Shown: one piece after another, positions 58,620 to 64,000 of the stretch
How the letters are laid out: each line of letters starts with the position of its first letter
Numbering within the stretch: position 1 is the stretch's first letter
Origin: Vitrella brassicaformis CCMP3155
Taxonomy: Eukaryota > Protista > Chromerida
Length of the DNA: 64,000 nucleotides
Direction of reading: 5' to 3'
Assembly: GCA_001179505.1 (NCBI GenBank)
Contig: CDMY01000405.1
Location: 1-64,000 of the forward strand
Notes under the pieces: generated by a model
What the model was told of the DNA's origin: nothing
What the model saw: only the letters and a program-made list of their open reading frames with translations
The model's database searches: none
Position numbers and translations under genes: made by a program

Positions 58620-61600
58620 TCACGTCAAATGGAATCCACATGCAGTCCACAGATGTACGAGGGTCGGTGTCTTACGAACCAACAGATATAAAATGTAGGC
58701 AACGATTTGCCTGGCTCCACCACTCACTCCTCCAGGCCTGGAGACATGCTTTCCCCCTTGGCGCCCAAGCCCGTCGGACCGTCGAGACAGACAGACATGG
58801 TGTCGTGAGATACGAACGCTGCAGCCACACACACATCGTGCTGTGCGCTGCGCACCTTGTCAAGGGGAGCTTGGTGTGCATGATGAGGAAGTCCTCCCTC
58901 TCGGCGTCCTGAACGTACCTCCAGAACTGCAGGGTCCTTCAGGTTGCCGTACAGTGACTCGTGAATGGCCTTCTCACGGCCGATCTCCCAACTCGTCCTT
59001 ACCTGAGAATGAACAGAGCTAGGACAGACAGCATGCGCTTGGTCTTGGAGTCCAGCCTGCAGCGCACACACATGGAGGGGAGGGGATGGAGGGGTCCTCG
59101 CGAGGGAGGGGAGGCGCGTGTACGTGTCTCTGTGTGTGCACCCTCTTACTGACTTGGCGCTGCGCACCTCGTCAAGTGGGAGCTTGGTGTGCATGATGAG
59201 AAAGTCCCGCAGACGCCAGACCTCCCTCTCGGCCTCCTGGACGTACCTCCTGAACTGGTCCTTCAGGTTGCCGTACAGCGCCTTGTGAACGGCCTTCTCA
59301 CGGCCGATCTCCAACTCGACCTTAGCTGAGAATTAATCAACCAACAGAGAGAGCATCAAATCAACCAACAGACATACCGTATGTACCAACCAACCAACCG
59401 CCTGGTCGTTCGTTCCTCCCACTTAGCTTACTGAGGGCAGAGTCCTTGGCCGTCAGCTCTTCCTCCACACGCGCCAATTGAGACTCCAACTCGTGGCGCT
59501 CACACACGGCAGCCTGCTGCAGACTCGACCAAGTGACGACCATCCATCCATTCCATTCGCCCTGCCTGGCCGCCCGCCCGACGAGTGCGCGCATTCACTG
59601 ACTGACTGACCTTCTGGTGGGCTAGGCGCTGTTCGGTCTCGATGTGCGCCGCTCTCCGTCGGTCGGCCTCTTCACTGGCCGCCCTGACGGCAGCCTGGGC
59701 CGCCTCGAGAGCCGACATCTTGGATGCCTTCAACGCCTGAGGGCACAGCACAAACAAACAAACAGTCGAGAGACTCAGATCCATGGCTATGGACACAGAC
59801 AGACAGGCATCTATCTCATCTATGTGTATGTTCATGCACCGCACCGCACCCACCTTGATGTGTTCCAGCATCTGGGAGTACTTCTGGTTGGCAACGCGGA
59901 TGCGCTCGGCTTGGACGGACAGCATGCGCTTGGTCTTTGAGTCCAGCCTGCAGCGCACACACATGGAGGGGAGGGGATGGAGGGGTCCTCGCGAGGGAGG
60001 GGAGGCGCGTGTACGTGTCTCTGTGTGTGCACGCAGTTACTGACTTGGCGAGTTCTGCCTTCTTGACTTTCATCTCACGACCTTGTCCCACAGAAAACTG
60101 CACAGACAAATGCACAAGCGCACAACACACAACACACCATACAGGCATCGGAAACGTGTGTGTTCCGTCCGATGCGGCGGTCTCGGCGCCAATGGTAAAG
60201 TCGATGCCGCTGAGGAGCTCATCATCCGTGCTGCCTGCCTCGACCTACGCGCAGCAATTATATACGATGGATGAGTCCAGTGCGAGTGTGTTAGCTGGTG
60301 CGTTCGACGCACCTGGTTTCGTATATCGTTGACGGTCTTGAGCTGGTCGCATGCGAGATGCAACTGCTCGTCAAGACGATTCTCCTCCCCCAACTCAACG
60401 TGCAACGCCTGATACACACAGAGGGTCCCTTAGGTCCTGTATCTCAGCACAGTGGGTGTGCGCGGGGGTGTCTGTCGGGGGACGGTAGGAGGCTCAGGAG
60501 GAAGAAGACGCTCGACGGGACCATCCTACATAGATGGCCCCAAGACAGACAGACAGACAGACACGATCAATCGGCGTATGTATGGTACATACATATGTCC
60601 CTCCCTCCCTGTCTGTGTCTTGTCAAGTGGTGCGTGCGTGTGTGTGTGTGTTCTATTACCACATTGCCATCTGGTGCGTGCATCGGCATCTGGGTCTCTC
60701 GGTCACGCTGACACACGGCCAGACACACACTCTCTGTGTGTCTCACAGTGTCTGTGTCGCTCCTAGATGGATCCAAGACAGACACGATCAATCGGCGCAT
60801 GTCCCTGTGTCGGCGTATGTTCTATTACCACTTTGCCATGTGCGCGGCCAGACACACACTCTCTCTGTGCTTCCGTGCGTGCCATTGTGGTGCGTGCGCT
60901 GTGTCGTCACCTGAGCAGCCAAGGGCTCTTGTGTTTGACGCTTCGGAATCACGCTGACGAGCTGATCGATGTACCAGACAAACACACGGGACCAGATCGG
61001 TTGACTTGTCGTGTGGTTGTTTGTGCGTCCATTGCATTGCGTACCCTCTCCAGTGCATAGAACTGTTTTCTTGGTCGAAGTGTATGTCTTGAGGGACCGT
61101 GAACGGAGGCCTGAATATCAGCAGCAGAATGCAGAAAGACGCACAATCGTCCGAGGTAGGTACTCGTCGTTGCAGTTGGTGAGTCTGTTTGCGATGGATG
61201 GCATCTACGCGGCAAACGAACGACTCGCCACGGCCATATACATACACTCACTGGCTGGCTGCGTGGCGTGTGAGTAGCTGACATACTTGGCGCAGCTTGG
61301 CTGCCAGCCAGTGCTTCGACAGCTCCCACGGGTACCTGCCCACAAACAAACAAACAAGACACACAGCATGGCATTGCATTGCATTGCACGCATTCCATTC
61401 CGACAAGGGAGGTATAGATTCCCTCACAACAATACCCTTTTACCTGTTGGTCGCCTTGTCAGCGGGGTTGGTTCTCAGTTAGCACGAGAAATATAAAATG
61501 TAGGCGGCGATCTGCAGAGGAGGAGACATGGTGACAGAGGAGGAGACACAATATGCATGGCTTTGTCCGACGCGTGTCGTGTCGACACAGGAGCGAGTTC

Positions 61601-63900
61601 TCTTACTTCGTGACTTCTTGCGCGCAGCGGCCGCTGCAGCCGCACCGGCTGCACACACAACACACACAGCACTGCCTGTGTGCTTGATGCTGCTGTGGGT
61701 GTGGGTTTGCGTGTGGCTTACCCTCCAGCAGGCCGAAGATTGAGTCGTCCAGGTTGACCAGGCCCCTCAGCGAGCGGCGGACTGCCGCTTCAGCTTTGAA
61801 GCTGCCGGTGTCGTTTTCTGTCTTGAGCTTTTTCTTGCCACCGCCCCCTTGGCCGCCTTTCTGCTGATCGCCGTCCTCATCAGACGGCTGCTGCTGGTCT
61901 CTCTTGCGCTTGGGGCGGGATGGCGGCGTGGGCGGCTCAGGTTGGGCAGCGACGGCAGCGGCAGCAGTCACCACACGAACGCGGCGACGCGGCCTCTCTC
62001 TCACAGGGCTCGCAGCGGCCGTCTCGCCCGCGGCCTTGCTCGGCGCCATCTCGACATCGCCATCTGCATCAACACTGACATCTCCATTTCGGCGCCTCTT
62101 GCTGACGGGCTCGTGTGCCCACACACAAACGAGCGAAACAAGACACACAGCAGGCAGCCAGGCAGGCAGGCAGTGAATTGCAACACGCTTTCCATTCCGA
62201 CACGGGAGGGAGGGAGGTATATATAGAATCCCTCAGTGACTGACTGACAACAATGAATATCTATATGCCCATTTATTTACTTACCTCTTGGTCGTGCTGT
62301 CGGCGGCTTCTCTCTTCACTGCGTCCAGCGCCTCAGGGACTTGAACCCGCACACCGTCGCTGGCGCCACTCGCCTCATAGCGCCGCACAAACTCTGCACA
62401 CAACCACACAAGGACACACACACACACACACACACGAGTGCGTGTGGGTCATGCATGTCATGGATCGACGCCTCACCTTCTATCTCGCACATTACCCTGA
62501 AGTGCTCCGCCGCCCTGACACATCAAAACATGGGCCGGAACAGTACACGGAGAGGCGCAGACATTCAGGGATGAATGACCCAAGCTCGCGTGTGTGGCGT
62601 ATTTTCACTCACATGAGCTGCTCCCTCAGGCCAGCACAGCTGCGGCACACCTGAGGACAGCCGACCAGAAAGTAGCACACAACACAAAACACACGCGTCA
62701 AGTCAAGTCAAGTGTGTCTGTCAGGCTGGCTGGCTGATATTCCCTGCTTGGCTGCCTGGCTGGCTGCGTGTGTATGTGTACCTCGGTGTGGGCGGCGGCA
62801 GTGGGACTCGTGGTTGATGAGGCGGGGGTAGGGCGGGATGCGCCACCTGATTGATGTATGTGTACACACGTACAGTACCTTGTCTCTCTGTGTGTGTGTG
62901 TGTGTGTGTGTGGTCTCTCTGTCTCCCACCCCCACCCCCACCTCCACGCCAAACCACCGCACCGCCCGCACTCACCTCTGTCTGCTGCGCCAGGGGGAAC
63001 GATGGCCATTGCACTCGGGAACCGGAACTTCCGATACCCAGCTGTGACTGCAGATACATACCATACACACACATACAGACATACACGTGTGATTCCGTAT
63101 GCTGTGCTACTGACTGACTGACTGACTCACCATCGGTGACGGTGAGAAAGGCGGCATTGATGGCGGGGTCCAGCACGCCCTCCATCGTCACGACCATCCT
63201 AGTGTCGTCCGCTACGCGCAGGTCGGTCAGCACGTGGCGCAGACAGCCATCGCTGAATCAACAACACACAAGCATCGACAGTTGTGTTGTGTTGTGAGGT
63301 GGCCAGTCAGTTGGTCGGTCCAGCGATCGTCGCTCTCACCCCATCAGCTGCGCCAGAATCGACATCGGGAATCTGTCGGTCGCACACACAACACAACACA
63401 ACACAACACAACACAACACAGCACAAAGGAAGGGATACATACACCGGCATCAGGGAGATCAAGAATGAGTGCACCAAGACGAGCTGACTGACTGACTGAC
63501 TGACTGACTGACGCACACACATCCGACTGGCTGGTATGTATCCTTACAGAGCAGTGAGCCTGGCGCTCTCCAGTGACGTCTTGAGCAAAGATGCGAACCC
63601 AGGATTGGCGAAGATGCACAGACCGCTCTGTTTGTTGGTGACACACACAGACAGACAGAAAGGAAGAACAACCTTGACAGACGAACCAACGCACCATCCA
63701 TCCCTCCCTCCCTCTGCAGTCTGCCTGCCTGATGCGGTCAGTGGCCTGTCCTGTCTGTGCTGTCTCCCATCCCACTCACTCACCTTGACGTCGAACACGC
63801 CGAAGCCATCGACCTGCGTCTGCGCCAGCGTCATGAACCCCCGCCAAAGACCCTCTAGCCCGGGAGGGAGCAGGCCACCCGACATCACGCACCTACGGGC
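58620..63900 (-). CDS. Multi-exon hypothetical locus (one or two genes) with a C-terminal coiled coil and internal duplications; 5' end beyond the window
   Basis: Spliceable exons such as HVLTDLRVADDTRMVVTMEGVLDPAINAAFLTVTD, PVSKRRRNGDVSVDADGDVEMAPSKAAGETAAAS, RLDSKTKRMLSVQAERIRVANQKYSQMLEHIK, EIGREKAVHKALYGNLKDQFRRYVQEAERE. Full frame continuity not established. Confidence 0.55.
58853..60050. repeat. Local tandem duplications of exon and intron blocks
   Basis: 59027-59160 is near-identical to 59918-60050; 58853-58995 is a deletion-ridden copy of 59162-59325. Confidence 0.9.
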
Positions 63901-64000
63901 AGACACAGGACGCCCATGAATGCACCCCATATATCCGCCCCTCGGTGCTCACTCATTCACTCACCCGTGGTCACTGCAGAGAGTGCACCGCACCCACCGT

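Noticed and set aside
1-64000. tRNA, rRNA or spliced-leader RNA genes; intact transposase or reverse transcriptase
   Set aside because: None recognised by eye. tRNAscan-SE, Infernal and RepeatMasker would be needed to exclude them formally.

Overview
Eukaryotic nuclear DNA: GC-rich, gene-dense and intron-rich, with (CA)n/(GT)n/(CAGA)n microsatellites in many introns and five 300-N assembly gaps. Gene content (RASP/CERLI-like C2+PH protein, helical-repeat organellar protein, LolD-like ABC ATPase) and intron style point to an alveolate, most plausibly a chromerid such as Vitrella; this is inferred and not verified. Recognisable genes, left to right: AP endonuclease, bacterial-type homodimeric glycyl-tRNA synthetase, metacaspase, myristoylated pseudokinase, large orphan, C2+PH protein, COQ9, coiled-coil protein, GH47 alpha-1,2-mannosidase, alpha-carbonic anhydrase-like sequence, partial adenylate kinase, divergent USP deubiquitinase, helical-repeat protein, V-ATPase subunit c, ABC ATPase, LRR protein, small secreted Cys-rich protein, FYVE protein, and a duplicated coiled-coil locus running off the right end. 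The 25-36 kb region is a patchwork: a frameshifted inverted USP copy, a decayed tandem duplication, PIF1-helicase and kinase fragments, and two direct copies of a ~650 bp repeat. Best leads: (1) a possible antisense coding overlap between carbonic anhydrase and mannosidase; (2) a secreted peptide-precursor-like protein with RRL sites and repeated RPCPPFxTC units; (3) a CERLI/RASP rhoptry-protein homologue; (4) a fully degenerate myristoylated pseudokinase head-to-head with an unusual metacaspase; (5) the repeat and fragment patchwork. Exon boundaries were read by eye, and many ORF-track 'M' starts are not ATG, so multi-exon coordinates are approximate. There is no CRISPR array, and I recognised no rRNA or tRNA gene.
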